The translations under genes were made by a program, and so were the position numbers. Below are positions 20,661 through 35,511 of a stretch of 64,000 nucleotides of DNA, piece after piece. The stretch spans positions 9,982,001 to 10,046,000 of the forward strand of contig NC_081333.1 in assembly GCF_022539665.2 (NCBI RefSeq), written 5' to 3'. Numbering within the stretch: the first letter of the stretch is position 1; each line of letters starts with the position of its first letter. The notes under the pieces were generated by a model that was not told where the DNA came from, did no database searches, and was given only the letters and a program-made list of their open reading frames with translations. This DNA is from Daphnia carinata (taxonomy: Eukaryota).

Positions 20661-23600
20661 ATGACGACAATGGAACTGGAAGCGTCCCTCTATCACGCCT
20701 CCGACAACATAAGCAGCATCATGAGCAATAACGCCAACGGTAAAGGCCATGAAAATGTCGGAACACGACGACGTAAGGTAAGACAAACAAAACCCCCTAA
20801 AAAATGACGTAAAAAAATCTATCGCTGCCATTCTAAAGGGGAAAAACTCTTTGCAATAAGTTTAAAAACAAAAATATCGGGAAAAAGTTCGCTTGAACTC
20901 TTGATAGGGTCCGCTATTGCGATCGTTTGCTGATGTTTATTGGATCGTGTCGTCAACTCGAGAATGTTTTTAGGCACAAGTCCTTGGAACGAAGCGGAGA
21001 AGAAGAAGAAGTAGAACCGAAAAAGAGAGTGAAGAGAGAAAAGACGGGGGAGGAGGGAGGAAAAAAAAAAAGTAAATCATAACAAAATGGGTGCGAAAAA
21101 AAAAAAAGGGAGAGGGGAGTGCGGGAGGGAGAACGAGGCCAGAAAGGTGTCGAGTCGACACGGGCGTTTATAGAGAGAGAGAGAGAGAAGCGCGCGGTTA
21201 CAACAAACATTTCGTTCGTGTTGTATGTATTACTCGTTTACTTCTTTTTTTTTCCGAGGGTGGCCGCGGGATTGTTGAATGATTTGTACAAAAAGTAGAG
21301 TCATCTAGCGGTCAACAATGAAGTTTTGATGAACGCCATCTAACGACGGTATATAGAAATACGAAATGATGAAATTTGTACCGATGCACACATTTCCCAT
21401 TCCAACGAGCGCGTTCGGAACATGTGCATGAAATCGTAGTCAACAAGAAGATGGAGATCGGGCTCAATGAGGCGATAAAAAGAAGTGAAACCTTATTAGA
21501 AAAACAACAAAAGAAAAAGAAAATCGGGGCGAAACAAAAGTAGAAGGAAGATTCAGGGAGTACAAAACGATAGATGATACGTTGGTGGGGGAGTTGAATT
21601 GAAAAAAAAAAAATCGAGACGAGAGAGACTACGTGTCCGGTAGATCGCACAAACCAATACAGGCAGACATAGAAAGAAAAGAAAGCCAATGTCTTAGAGA
21701 AAAGAAGATGCCCGTGCCAATGGACTGCAGTTTCTTTTTTTACATGAAACGGGCCCGGGCTCAGTAATTCAAGACGGGAAAGATCTGAATCGAATCGAGG
21801 CACTATGAAAGGCGATGGGGAATGGGGGAGATGAAGCTCTTCTTCGTCTGCCATATTCTCTTCGATCTTCTCTGTTTTGAAGATCGAAAAAAAAAAAAAT
21901 GGCTGTTGGCTGTCATAGGATATGAGATTCGCGCCGCCCGCCGGAATCGCCGAGCAACAACCTTTCTAACTCCCCCACTCGTCTCTCTCTCCCTTTTCTT
22001 TATTTGATGAAATGATAGGCACGTTAGCCGAAAAAAAAAAATTAAAAAAAAAGACGAGATGACGAACGTCGTTTGGAACACGGATCATTCCATCAGGGCT
22101 CCCGGAAACGCGAATCCATGCGATGCCGTTGATTGAAATCCAATCAACAATCTTTTCTTTCTTTCTTCTTCTTCTTTTTTTTTTAATGATTATCTATCGC
22201 CATCTCTCTGTTTGCCTGTTATTCACGTTTCTCTTATTCCATGTGTCCCTCTTTTTCGCTGTCTTTTAATTATATAGATAACGTTCGCCATGGAGGTACG
22301 GGTGAAGCAGGAGTCGCAAGACGAGGCGCTAGTCCCGCTCTGCGGCAAATCCAGCAGCACCGGCAACGGCCACAGCAGCAATAACAACAACAGTCATTCC
22401 GTCAACGGATCGGCCATCAACAATCCTCCTCAACCCGGACCCATGCAGAAAGTGCCATCTCTATCCGATCTCTCAGATCCGGAAAGCTCATTAGGTAAGT
22501 GATTTTCATTCATTTTTCTTGTCTTTGGTCTCGAACGTTTGGATTTCATTTTGAAAATCGGTCATTTTGAATATGGCGCCATCTTTGATCGTTTTGATCA
22601 TATTCTCGTGAAGTGTGTAGAGCGGAGAAAATATGTTTTTTTTTTTAAAAAAGGTCGAAAGAAGAAAGAAAAAAAGATTTATTTCCGGCTGACTGGAGGT
22701 TGATCCAATTACATAGTGGCGGTACCGCCGTAAAGCAACAAGTTGTTAAGCCCGCGCGCCCTTGGCTCGTAGTGAGGGGGTGGGGGGGGGGGAGAAAAGA
22801 GACGACCCCGCGAGCTTCTGTTTGTGTATTTTGCCTTCAACGAAAAAAAGAAAGAAAAAAATAGGGAAGAGAGATGGTAGGAAAAAGAAAAAATCCGAAA
22901 ATGAGGAAGTGACTCGTTGAGGGCCAATTGAATCAATCGACCGAATCACCATCATCGTCGACCTTGCTGCCCAGCGTTTTTTTTTTTTCGTTCGTTCAGT
23001 TTCGTGCTGGCCCGAATATTTTCATCCGCGACGATTGCATTTCGTCGCAACTCTTATAGTTAATAAGTTTAGCAATAGATGGCTGTTTATGTGAAGAGAA
23101 TTGTGTCGCAATTTTCAAACGGGCCCTTCCGCATTTGGAATGTTTTTCAAATTCCATTTTCGCTTTTGATTTCATTTTCTTGCGACATCCACTGAATTTT
23201 TTTTTTCTTTATTTGCTTGATTCAATCTTTCTCCTTTGTTGAATATTCACAACGGCTCTCATCACCTTTATTCAATCAGCGCGCTGATTGAATCAAGAGG
23301 CTCGCTCAATTGGCAACTGTAATTGGATCGCCCAATCAAGTTATGTTCCATCCCGTCGCTTGAAGAACAAGCGTCTTCTTTGATTTCACATTTTGTTTCA
23401 TTTTCTCCTCATTTTTTTTTTCGGCATGTTGTTTTAAAAAGAAAAAAAAAAGAGGGAGACATTCGTTTGATTTAAGTTCGTAACAGAAAGAAAACCATTT
23501 AGGCCTACAAGTCTCGTTATTATGCGCTAGGCAATATGGTTTGTAAATCATTCAATCAGAATGCAGTTTGGTTAATGGTGGGACTGTCACTGAAATGGTC

Positions 23601-24927
23601 GACTGATTGAAAAAAGTGGCCCTCTCCTCATCGTCCCACGAAGTTATGATGTCCTCGACTTTGTTCAGAAAACGTGCCAACGTCTGTTATTTGTTTATTT
23701 TTTTTTCCATCCAATAATTGCTGGCCGTTTTAAACCGTTACAGCTGAAACGCTTCTTTAAACTGTGCTGCACACAAACTTAAATCTAAACTGAAAACCCA
23801 TTCCAATCTTTAAAAGAAAAAAAAAAAAAATAACGAAAAGAAAAAGAAGTTTTCGTTTGGTAGTGGTTAGACGGCCACCTTATCGCTGTGGACCAGTAAT
23901 ATTTCGGGGTCTTGGTGAGAACAACAACAAAACAAAACAAAATCTTCCAATAAACAAAGCGTCACGTCGAGGGGCAACAACAACAACTTCAGAAGAAGAA
24001 AAAAAAAATAGGAATGAGATCAACTCGATCTAGCCGCAGTGTTTCTTATGTTTTAGCGATTGCGTCGATCTTGGAGGCGAACGTTTGCTAACTAAAAGAA
24101 AGAAAAATAAGAAAAATAACGAGTGTTATTGTAGAGATGTGTGTGGGTCTCCCATTCTCTTGTCACCGCTTTGCTACCAACAACAACCACCACCACTAGT
24201 GGAAAAACTGCGGTTTCCGTTCTATGCTGATAACTAACTGCTTCACCATTGGGAGTTGATCATCTCTGCTCTTTTCTCGCCAACCAAAACTCGTTCGAAA
24301 CTCTCTGCCCGAGCTTTCGAGCTCGTTACATTTCTTCTTGTTTTTTTCTGCCAGATTTTTGCTTGACTTTCTTCAGTCACGCCGTGTCGTCCGTGTTCGA
24401 TGAGCTGCATTCTCAAAACGATACAGTCCCCACACTCTTGATTTTCCCCCCCCCCCCTAAGTTGCGTGTGCCAATCGTGTATGGCTCTTTTCGGTTTTCA
24501 CCGGTTGACATCCAGTTACCATCTTATTGAGATTCACCACTTGTCGTTTCGTTTTAAAAAGGTACTGCATTTTTTTTTTTTTTTAATTTATACTCTTAAA
24601 TGCAATAGCGGATTTTTTCGAGAAATGTAGGCCTACAGCAATTGGCCTATTGAATTAGACTACATTTCCGACTGTCTTTTTTTTTTTTTATGATGATGAT
24701 TCCCTTTAACTGCTGACATCAGAAAAATAAAAGACAGGGGGGACTTCATTGTCTGGTGTGACAGGATCCTTTCCATCATCCCCCGTCTGGATATATAATC
24801 TCTAATTACAGCATGATCTGTTCGTCTATAACAATCACCGGAGAGAGGCTCAGAATAAGAGGGGTAGGACTGCAAAGAGAAGAGAGGAGGGGGGGGTGTC
24901 TTTTCATTTTTATAAATATTCTTCACA

Positions 24928-24964
<37 letters not shown>

Positions 24965-27900
24965 AGGGGGGAGAAAGAGGGGGGAGAAAGAGGGGGGAGG
25001 GAGACGGCGGCCGGAAGCGGGTCAGGTGGAGACGACGTTCGGTTAGGGTGGCGACTTTGGTGCTTGCTGCTGAGGCTAGTCCGTCGCTTTCTGCTGGATG
25101 AGTTTTCAAGGCGCATTGTAAGGTTTTTTCCCACGTTACTTCATCTAGGAAGAGAGAAGAGAAACGAAAGACATAGGGGCAAGGGGTTGTACGCGTGTAG
25201 CCTACACCGGTCTCCTTCGTCTATATAACAACACACACATGCGAACAGAGTAGGGCGCAATAAGAACCGGATGCCACCCCCGTGTGCTCTTATTTTCTTT
25301 CTTTTTTTTTTTAACCCCCGTTTTTTTTTTTAAAGACATCTTGTATAATTTCTACAGTATTCATAATTCCCCCCCCCCTCTCGTCTACTGTCGGGGAAAT
25401 TTTTAAACGTCACGAAAGCGGAAAGCAAAATAATACGTGTGTTGCAATCATTTGGATATATGTCACCATTTTTATTGTAGGCTTTTCTTGTTATTTCTTT
25501 TTTATCTTTTTGTTTGTTTTTTTAGACAGGGAGGGGGGGGGGGGGGGTTACGGGGGAATGTTATGATGCGGATTAATGCCGAATTGTTAGCAAACGTATT
25601 CGACAAATAACTCATTTCCCTCAAGTCTCTTATTGGCTACTGACGAGGGGGGGGGGGGATTTGAATCGAAAAAAAGGAGCACTTCCGTTCTCTTACTCTC
25701 TCTCTGATAAAGAGAAAACTTTATTGTTTTTTGTTGTTGTCATGACCCGGGCCTCGACCTCCTTTTTTTTTTTCTTTCTCTATCGTTGCGCTTATATTTC
25801 TTAATACTCTTTTATTTATTATTATTATTATTATTATTTTTTTAATAACATCCCCAAAAAGAATGTTGTTTGAGGTAATCATAAAACGGTGCGGTTCTAA
25901 TCCGTCACCGCTGCGGATTTTTAGACGCGTGTAAATAATCAAGACGGATCGTGTTTCGATGGTTCATTTTGTCGTCCGACTATACATCATCCGAAAATAT
26001 GCGTCGTGTACTGGAATTACTGGAAAAATAACTTCCCCTTTTTATTTTAGTGTTTTCCTTCTTTATTTCCTAACATGTAGGTTGGCCGGGCGTTGTTCCG
26101 TCCCCACCTGAAAATCATATAATTGGGACGAACCTCGTCTCTCTCTTTCTCTCTTTCGTTCTCTTGTTCCGCATTTTCCGAGTCACGGATGGACTCGCTC
26201 GAATGATTTTCCGCGCATATCCCTCCTCCTTTTTTTTTCTTTCTTTCTTTCTTTCTTTTCTATATAATACAATATAGCTTTAATTGTTTCTGCATTTATT
26301 ATTATGACTATACAAGCAGCCGGAGAACGAAGAGGGTTTTTTTTTAGTCAGGCAGGTGCACCGAATTATCGTCTACAGTCAGGTGCACCGCTATTTTTAT
26401 TTATTTTTTAACAGCCCCAACATTCGGTTTGATCATGAATCCACCCTTAACGAACGGGATTTTTTTTTTTTTTCCTCTTTTATTATTAAAATTTAAATGT
26501 GACTTAACTCTTCAAAAAATCAAATAAAAATAAAGAATTGGAGACAAAACTAACAGGTTGAATCTGGGCGCGGCTTTTTTTTTTTTCATTCCTATTGTCG
26601 GAAAAGCTTTTTTTTGTCCCGCCCGGCTTCAAAAACTTGACGGATGCATTTGTCACACACACACAAAAAAAAAAAAAAGAGAAGGCGTCGCCAGCCGCCA
26701 TTGTTCTTTTTTTTTTATTATTATTATTCCCGTTCTGATTTGCATCGCGACGATGATTATCTCCACTTTTTTTTTTTTTTGTTATTTTCGTTTTTTAAAA
26801 AATGGGGAAATCTTGACGTCCTGTCTTTTGTTGTTGTCAATTTTTTGAATGTTTCTCTTACTCATTTTTTTTTTTTTTTTTGTTTTCGAACTGTTATATT
26901 TGAACGAAACTTGTCGCCACCGTGTTATATATTCAATATTTCTTTTGAAAGAAACAGAGAGAGAGAAAGGGCAAGCGTTGAAAAAAAAAAAAAGGGTGCG
27001 ATGGTGTGGCACGTCTTTTGACACCTGGGCATCGCGCGCATCGTATTAGCGACAGTCGATAGCCGTGGCTCTTTTACCTTAGCGGAAAACATCAACAACG
27101 AAAAACCTCCCGAAAGTGACATCCATTAGCATTTCAATAGTCGATTTGTCGGATAGGTATCAACTCTTTTATAACTTAAAAAAAAAAATAATAATAAATA
27201 AAAAAATCTTTTGCGGGGGGGTACCGATTTGTTTTCATTCCGCCTTCTTTCTCACATGTCGGGGCGATTTTGGCGACTCCATAGTTCATTTGGAACTGAT
27301 GGATGAGCCGATAAAAAAAAAATGCGGAGGAGGGAGAATTTTTTTGTTCTCTAGTTAAAAGAAGAAGAAAAAAAATGCTTAACTAGAATAAAGAAGATAA
27401 TGAATTTATCTGGGGGGGTTTGAATACACCAAAAATAGGGAGAAGGGGCCCGCATCGGTCGGGCTGCTGTTGCTGGGAAATGATGATAAAAAAAAAATCA
27501 AGAACATGAAAGCAGAAAGAAAAAAAAAAAAGGCTATAGCTTTTCATCCATACGTTAACAAACACACAATGTCGATGGGGTTTTCTTTTTTTTTTTTCCT
27601 AGTTTGTTATCTCGCGGCGGGCCACCATCATCGCCCGCCATTAGTTAAATGGATGAGAGGCTCGTGTGTCAGACAGCAGCGAACTCGAGAGGGAACGAAC
27701 CATCAATTGAGATCATCAGCGAGAGAGACAGTCGAGAAAGAGGTTCTTATCCTAAACCCGTGGCTGTTAAGGGCACAGCTCCCGTCTTTTTGATTTTTTG
27801 TGTTGCAGCCATCGCTCATCTCTCCAATCTTTTCGAGTTAACTGACTTCTTTTTTTGGCTTCATCGTCACAATTGCTTTCTCGAGCCAGCAAACCGTCGA

Positions 27901-30900
27901 TGATGACTGCTTCTTTTATCTGTTTAACTAGAAGCACACACACACACACAGAGAATGCCAACGATGCCTTTGTAATCTCTTGTCTCTCCTCCAAAACAAC
28001 ACATTTTTCTTTGAAACGGTAGTTTCTTAGAACCCCCCCCCCCTCCTTTTTATTTTGTGTGTTTCTCCAAAAAGGCTTTTTAAAACGATATCGTTCTCAT
28101 TAAGGCTCCCCCCCCCCTCCTTAAAAAGATTGAAAGAGTTCAATGGGATCATTGACGTATGACCCGTATCATCGTCGAGTCCTCCTTTTCTTAATTTGTA
28201 TTTATTTGTCTTATAAGAAGGGCATTCACAAACCAGTGGCTATGCGAGGGGGGGGGGGCATTTTTCGTGACCCGCACTCCGCTATTTTTTTTTTTTTTTT
28301 TTTTTTCTTTTTAAGGATAACACAAATTTCATCGCTCGCCTTTTTATTTTGCGCTTCTTTTGTGTTGAAGCTCCAATTTTGTTGTTCCTCTTGAGGATTT
28401 TGATTGAGAAGGCCTCACTTTGAAAGCGACATAAAAGATAGGGGACGACCGTAGGTCACGTGACCCTCTTCAGTTTTTATTCTGAAAGTTGACCGCGCCC
28501 TTTTTTTTTTCAAATTTCAATTTAATAACAGATTGATCTCGACTTTTTTGTTACTGCAACAACAAAAGATTTTTGTATTTTTTAAGTAGAGTACGAAGGG
28601 GAAGATTCCAATTTTTATTTTTATTCTTTCCCCCTCGGTGACTACGTTTATCTCTGTGAAGGCACTCGTAGACCGGATTTGATTGTCCGGAATCATGAAT
28701 GAGCCTCCCTTTTTTTTTCCTATGGGTGTCTGTATATAAATAATATAAGGTTAGCTCCCTATCTCTAAAGAGAGAAAGGCAAAAAAAAAAAAAGCGGATG
28801 AATGGAACAAGACACATTCCCTCTTTCCCCCCATCTTCCAAACAGGAGGGACGGACGTGAAAAAAAAAAAAAAAAAGAAGAAATTAAGCGGCATCTACAT
28901 GTTGAACGAGGGATGGGTATAGCCTCTCTACTATTACTACGTTGGGTGTGTATAGATGTCTAAGAAGAGAGTAGCCCGAAAAAGCAAAGCGTCGTATACA
29001 TGCCGAGTCTATACAGAAACGGGGAAAGGAGAGGAATGAATGAACCAAACCCCAACAACTTCCTCCTCAGGGGTTCTCTCTTTTTTTTTTTTTTTCTTCC
29101 TCCCTTCTTCAGCACTATACACGGCCAACCACTACGACCATTCATAAAAACAGGAGAAGACTCCCTTTTTTATATATATATATATATATTTTTGTACATT
29201 TTATTTTATTTTTTTTCTTATATATTTATTTCCCCCTCCGGAGAGCCGCCCAAGGTGTAGGTGTATAATTCGAAGAGGAGAAGGGGGCGCGCTTGAATGG
29301 AGGGTCAAAGGCTCATATATAAGAAGAGGAACTTTTTTTTTTTTTTTTTTTTGGGTTGTCCTGAAAAACTGGACGTCGTCGCCTCCAGCTCCCCCTCTAG
29401 CTCTCTCCCGACTGAGTTGTGTGACCCAACTTCCGGCGGCGGAGTTCTCTCTCTCCTTCTATATACACACACACACACACGCGTGTACATAGACGAGTGA
29501 ATATTATATATCCCCTTCTAGACTGCGCTCGGTCACACAAAGAACGCACGCACACATATCTACACGCATAACAAACAACATTCAATCCGTCATTTTGTTC
29601 GGAACACAAACGATAATAGAGAGGGAAACATCTAAGCACGTCTTTTGTTTTGCGATGGGCATCTCATTTTGTATTTGGCCAATCAAGTCGATATATTAGC
29701 TGTAGATTACGCTAATATTCGATTTATTAAAAAAAATAGATTTTAAGTGCAGAAAATCGGCGCGTGTGTCATCGAGTTCTATGCGAAGACGCCGATGAAG
29801 AGGGAAACGAAAGAAGAAGTGGCAGAAAAAAAAAATAAATAGCACTACTAGTTTTTTTTTTTTTTTTTATATAGCCAGCAGACTCCCGCGTGACTGCCTC
29901 CGGGCTAAAAAAAAAATCCTTTTTACCTTCTTTTGTCCACAAAAAAAAAAAAAAATGAATGCTATTCCCGCTGGCTATTTAAATCGTTGCTTCCCTCCGG
30001 CTTCCTATACATTTTGTGTGTGTGTGTGTGTGTGTGTGTTCGCCAGTCTTTGTCAGTTTTAATCTTTAGTTGATTCCACTTGATAGACATCGCGCGAGTT
30101 ACTTGAATCCAGGATCCACTAATGCGCTTTAAAAAAAATAAAAGAAAACCGCTCGGAAAAAAATGCCCTCGTTCTTGCGTCGTTCAATGGCACTAACCAC
30201 TTGGCATGTATAGACGTTTTTCTGAAATCAAAGCGGCAGCGAGCACGGATGTAAATGAAAGATTTCCTGGTTGGTCCTTATAGTTTTTCGTTCTCATTCA
30301 AAGAGAACCTATTGATCTATTGAAGAAGAAAAAGAAAAATGAATAAATAAAGAGGGACGAAGAGATGGACACGTGATGGCGTTTTGTGAATGAATGGCAG
30401 GGCGAAAGATGTTGCGGATGAATAGAATCTGTCCAGCGTGACGATTATGTAGACGATGATGAAAATCTTTCACGACTGACAGATACAACAATAGCTCTAT
30501 AAAACGGGGATTTTCTTCTTAAAAGATCGTGGCGGTCTCTCTCGTTTTATTTTATTTCTTTTTTTTTTTTTTTTTTATCTTATTCATTTGGACAATGTTG
30601 TAGAGTTTCTACCTTTGAGCATTCGCCGCTAATTCGGAGGTCGATGATGTAGTCAGTGAATTTTCGTTCTTCTTTTATGCCGCTGACAGCATCAAACCGA
30701 AATTCACCTTGATGTCAATTAAAATCAATTGGCGGTAAGAGTTGCGAAACCTTCGTATCAATCCGTCGTTTCTTTTTTTTTTTTTTTTCATTTAAAACAA
30801 AAAAAAATAAAATAAAATTCCCCTCAAAATAACCGAAATAAAAATAATAAACGTACCAAAGACACCTACACGACCGATTTCCATGAAATAGTCATTTCGG

Positions 30901-33900
30901 GTAGGAGGGAGGTGGGTTGAATGGAAGGGAGGGGGGGGGGTTTAATGGGAGACGCACCACCTAGCGGCGGCTTTAACCTTGGGACCGAGTTCCCTCTGTT
31001 TCTGTGGATATGTTCTATAACAAACTGCGCGGCTGGACGATGGGGGTGGGCACCGCCTACACCACCCACCACCTTCTTCCGCCACGGAGACCCCGCCCAC
31101 CGTGCGCCACTGAAAGAAGCCCAAGCAGGTTTTTTTTTTTTTTTTTATTTATATTTTTTTTTTTTCCTATTTTTCTCTTTCATCTTTTTTTTTTCTTTCC
31201 CCCTCTCCCTTTTTTTTCTACTTTTCTAGTAAACTTTGAGAGAAGCCCAGTCATTCATCAACCGTAAAGTTGAACGCATCGCAGTTAGAGACCATCGCTT
31301 TTTGCTCAGTTCTCTCTCTCTCTCTCTTATTAGAACGTGTGTGTTTTTGTTTTGGTTTTGACTCTTTGTCATTGTCCGGACGAGAAGCGAACTAGAAGAA
31401 AGAAAAAAAAAACAAGTGACAAACGACAATTCGCTGCCCATTTCAAAGCAAATTTTTGTTTTGTTTTCATTGATTGTTGTTTTTGTGTTTGAGTGCAACG
31501 AGTTTGATTCGTAAAAAAATGTGTACGGTGTGAAACATTAACGTGTGTGCTACTTGTTTGATTTTTGTTTTGCGAGGGGAAGGTTATCCTTCTCGGCTTG
31601 TTACCTTGAGTGGCTAGTGGCTCGCGTGAATTGCAAGTTTTTTTTTTTGTTGTCAACGCGCAACTAGACGTCAAGGACGTTGTTGGTCAAGCGAAGCCGA
31701 CGTCGAACGACGCCTTACGCGTGAGCACCTGTTGATTACGCGATCACGTGGCGTGCTCTCATCTGTACCTCTTGATCGTCTCGAACGCACATTTTTTGAT
31801 TTTTCATCCCCCGTTTATTATTTTTGAAAAAAACAAAAACAAATCGACTGACGGGAAACGAACAATCAAAAGATCGTCATCTTTCGACACGATTCTCTTT
31901 CAAGTCTTGGCCGCCATCATCATCGACGTTGATCGGGCTGATTATGTACATCGACTGTCACCCGAGGTTGATTATGATGGGCATTAAAACTATGAAGCCC
32001 CTCAACGGCGTCCGTTGCAAAGGTAACACACACGTGAAATGAAATCGAAATGGGAACGCAACCCATTTTGATTTTTTTTTTTTCTCTCACGCTCTCACTT
32101 TTTCTTTTTTTTTTTTTTTTTTCGTTTGACTATCGGATAACGACTTAATGCAAAGCAAGGTTTTTTCAGCAACAAATTGAGAACGAAATGAAGAGTGATG
32201 GCTTTGATGATGTGCCAAAAAAGAAAAGAGAACCCCCCTCCTCTCTCAGCTGTCGGTGTGGCGGCGCCGGCCACCATGTGGCGGTGCCAACACCACACAA
32301 GTTGTCCCGAGAATGGACTGTGGATAGAGTGGGGTAGTCTAACAAAGAGTCAGCTGGCAGTCCTAGGAAACAATCCAGCTTCAAAAAAAAAAAAAAAATA
32401 AATAAAAGGGGCAACAGCAGCCAAAAAAAAAAAGAAAAAAACGAGAGGGTTTTTTTTTTTCCTGAAAATTATATCAGGTGGTCAGCGCAGCGGTACACCT
32501 CCGACACACTTGGGTGTGTATAAGGGAAAGAGGGGGGTGTGTATGACGGGGTTTCATCTCTCCCCCCCATTTTCTTCATAGGGTAAAAAAAAAAAAGGTT
32601 AAACAAGAAAAAGATGGGGAAAAAAAAATAACTAATGATCCAGAAGGTTTGTACTATATGTTCCAAAAAAAAAAAAAAAAGGAGGGGGGGGGAGTTTGGA
32701 AATAGTTCGCTAACCTGCTGCTGTGGCTGCTATATGGGGTGTTGTGTGTGTGGCTTTGGACGCTTATGCCTATCTCGTTAATACTTACGGTTGAGCTCAT
32801 TTAGCATTGAAACCCACTTTTCCTCCCCTCTTATCCATTGCTTTTTTTTTTCGTGTTCCACGAGAGATATCCAATTCTTAAGTCTTTAATGCAGGCAAAA
32901 CAAAACAAAAAAAAAGATGGGCTTAAAAGAAAAGGGAATACATAACAGGCGTGTAATGGACCGTTGGACTTTTCTTTTCTCCCCTCACTTCTCTTAATCG
33001 TCAATTAACTTTTGCTTGTCTCGACAACTCGACTGTTGATTACCTCCCATCTAAACTTGTGATTATTATTATCATCACCCCTTCTGTCTCCTCGGAAAAC
33101 GTTTATATTTTGTTTTATTTTTTTCTTTTCTGAAAAAGAGAGACGTTTCGAATTCAAATTTTAAAAGTACGTCAGAGCGTGTGGCTTGTGCTACAAAGCA
33201 GCTGTGACCAGTTTTTTTTTGTTTTGTTTTAAACATCACCTGTCTTTTTTTGTTTCTTATTGAAGATAGCCGAAGAACAAGAAGAAAAAAAAGACGTTGT
33301 TATTATGATGCTAATTTCTTTTTTTTTCCCTCTTTTTTCTTGGAAAAAAAAAAAAAACAACCATTCTATTATATAGATATACCGGCCCAGGTGCCACCGC
33401 TAACGCCGGGCACCAACAAGAAGATGACAGAGGCTCTGAAAGCCTCGTTCGCTTCGTGGGAGAAGGAACAGGAGCGTCTGGGCATCCCCAAAGGTAATAA
33501 CACGTTTATGCTCTTTTCTTCCATTTTCCTTTTTTTTTTTGAAAACACGACACGCTACGTAGCCGCTACTTCACAATTTATTATTATTATTATTATGATT
33601 ATTTTTCGAAAAAAAAAAAAAAATCGGTGATCCCTCTTTTGCCAAGTACTGTGAAAAACCTGTTGTTGCGGCAAGCGGCTGGTTTCAACTCCGAGCGAAG
33701 AGTTTTCTTTTTTATATTTTTAAAAGATAAAGGGAGGTTGGTTTTTCTTTTGTATTTATCGGCCGTCTTATTATCTTTAACGCCTTCATTTTTTTTTTTC
33801 TTCTTCTGTCGTACTATACATACGGGATAGATATGGCATTAGCAGTTTACCTATGACAACTGAATTCGTCTTGTGTCCATCCGCTTGCGGTGTGAACACA

Positions 33901-35476
33901 AACCGCCCCTCTATTTGGTCTTGTATTCCATTGAGGGGGGCCGTTTTTCGCCTACGCACCATCATCATATCTTTGGTTTCATCTTCAATAATTTTTTACA
34001 GGGTTGTTCTCTTTTGTTAGGTGTCAGGAAAAGAGCGGGGGGGGGGGAGAAATGTTTGGAACTGCGGTAATCTAGAACTTATCGTGGTGGGGGTATTTTT
34101 CTCGCGTATGATCTCTAAACCTTTTATGACACGCAATGGGGGGGTTGGTGATGGTGCGATAACGCGTCTCTTATTTTATTTTTTTTTTTTTCAAAATCTT
34201 ATCTTATCTATCCTCATTTTCTTTTTATTAGAATAGAATGCGCCTACGGGGCTGCTACTTTGCTGTCCTTTAATATAATGACACACAGTGTCGTGAACTG
34301 AATCTCTTGGACACGTTCATTCGAGTGGCCGGACCTCGACATCTCATCAATGTCTCTCATCTTTTTTTTTTTTTTTTTTTTTTTCTATAGTTCGTCAAAG
34401 AAAGAAAGGGAAGGGAAGAATGAGAAATGGTTGACCCGTAGAGAGCACTTGTCCGCACGATTATTAAGGATGCCGCATCATGTCCAAAAAAGCTTTCAGG
34501 TGTAGATAATGAAGAAAGGGAAAGGGAAGGACAGATAGGAGAAAAAAAAAAAAAAAAAAAGAAAGAAGGGACAGAGAAAAGAGACATCAGGTGAGCGTAG
34601 GAAAGTTAATCAGCCACGCAGCTATGGGGCTCTCATCACATTTGACGGGGTTCCGGGCAATATTCAATCAGCCAAGTCCGTCAGCATCGAAAAATCCAAT
34701 CATCCTCGTAAAAGGGAACTTGACCCGTCCCGTTTTCGAGTACAGTCGATTCGATATATATTATTATTTAATATAGCACCTTTTTCTCGAATTGTAACAT
34801 CGTTTCCCAAAGTGGATTCTACATGTATTGCTAAATTATTTCTTATATATATATATTTTTTTTTTAATTCGAGCCAACGTGGCCATACAGTAAGGTAGCT
34901 GTCTACATGTTGACGTGCCTCTTTCTCTGACACCTGCCGACGAATATAATGACGGGCGAAAAAAAAAAAAAATAGTAGAAGGACCGGTGAAAAGGGAGAA
35001 GAGAGGGGGAGGGATGTCGGCGCCTCAGGTGTGCCGAGCGCAAGCCAAAATATTGGGAGAAGTTGAACAACGAAAATAAGGGGGGGGGGGAACAAAATCG
35101 AACTAGAAATAGAAAAAAAAAAAGAAGCGAGGACGTTCCTTCAATTCTTGTTTAAAATTAAAGGCACGCTTGACCACAGTCGAGGTGGATATATGTTCAT
35201 AGAAAAAGATAATCGGATATATTTCCACACATTCATTTTCGTACAATTTTTCAATTTTCTTTTTTCTTCCTCTAAACCGCACCTTTTCTTTTTTTTCGTA
35301 TCTCTCACCGAGTCATTAGAATTCGTGATCGTACGTGTTTGATTGCACCCTTTAAATCGCAGCCTTCCAAAGGTCTCCGGCTTAAACCGAACCGAGTAAC
35401 AACAAAATCATTGGCTCAATGTTTGGAATAGTTTCGTCTACGTTGCGCTGCCGAACAGTGACGTCACACGTTTATT

Positions 35477-35511
<35 letters not shown>

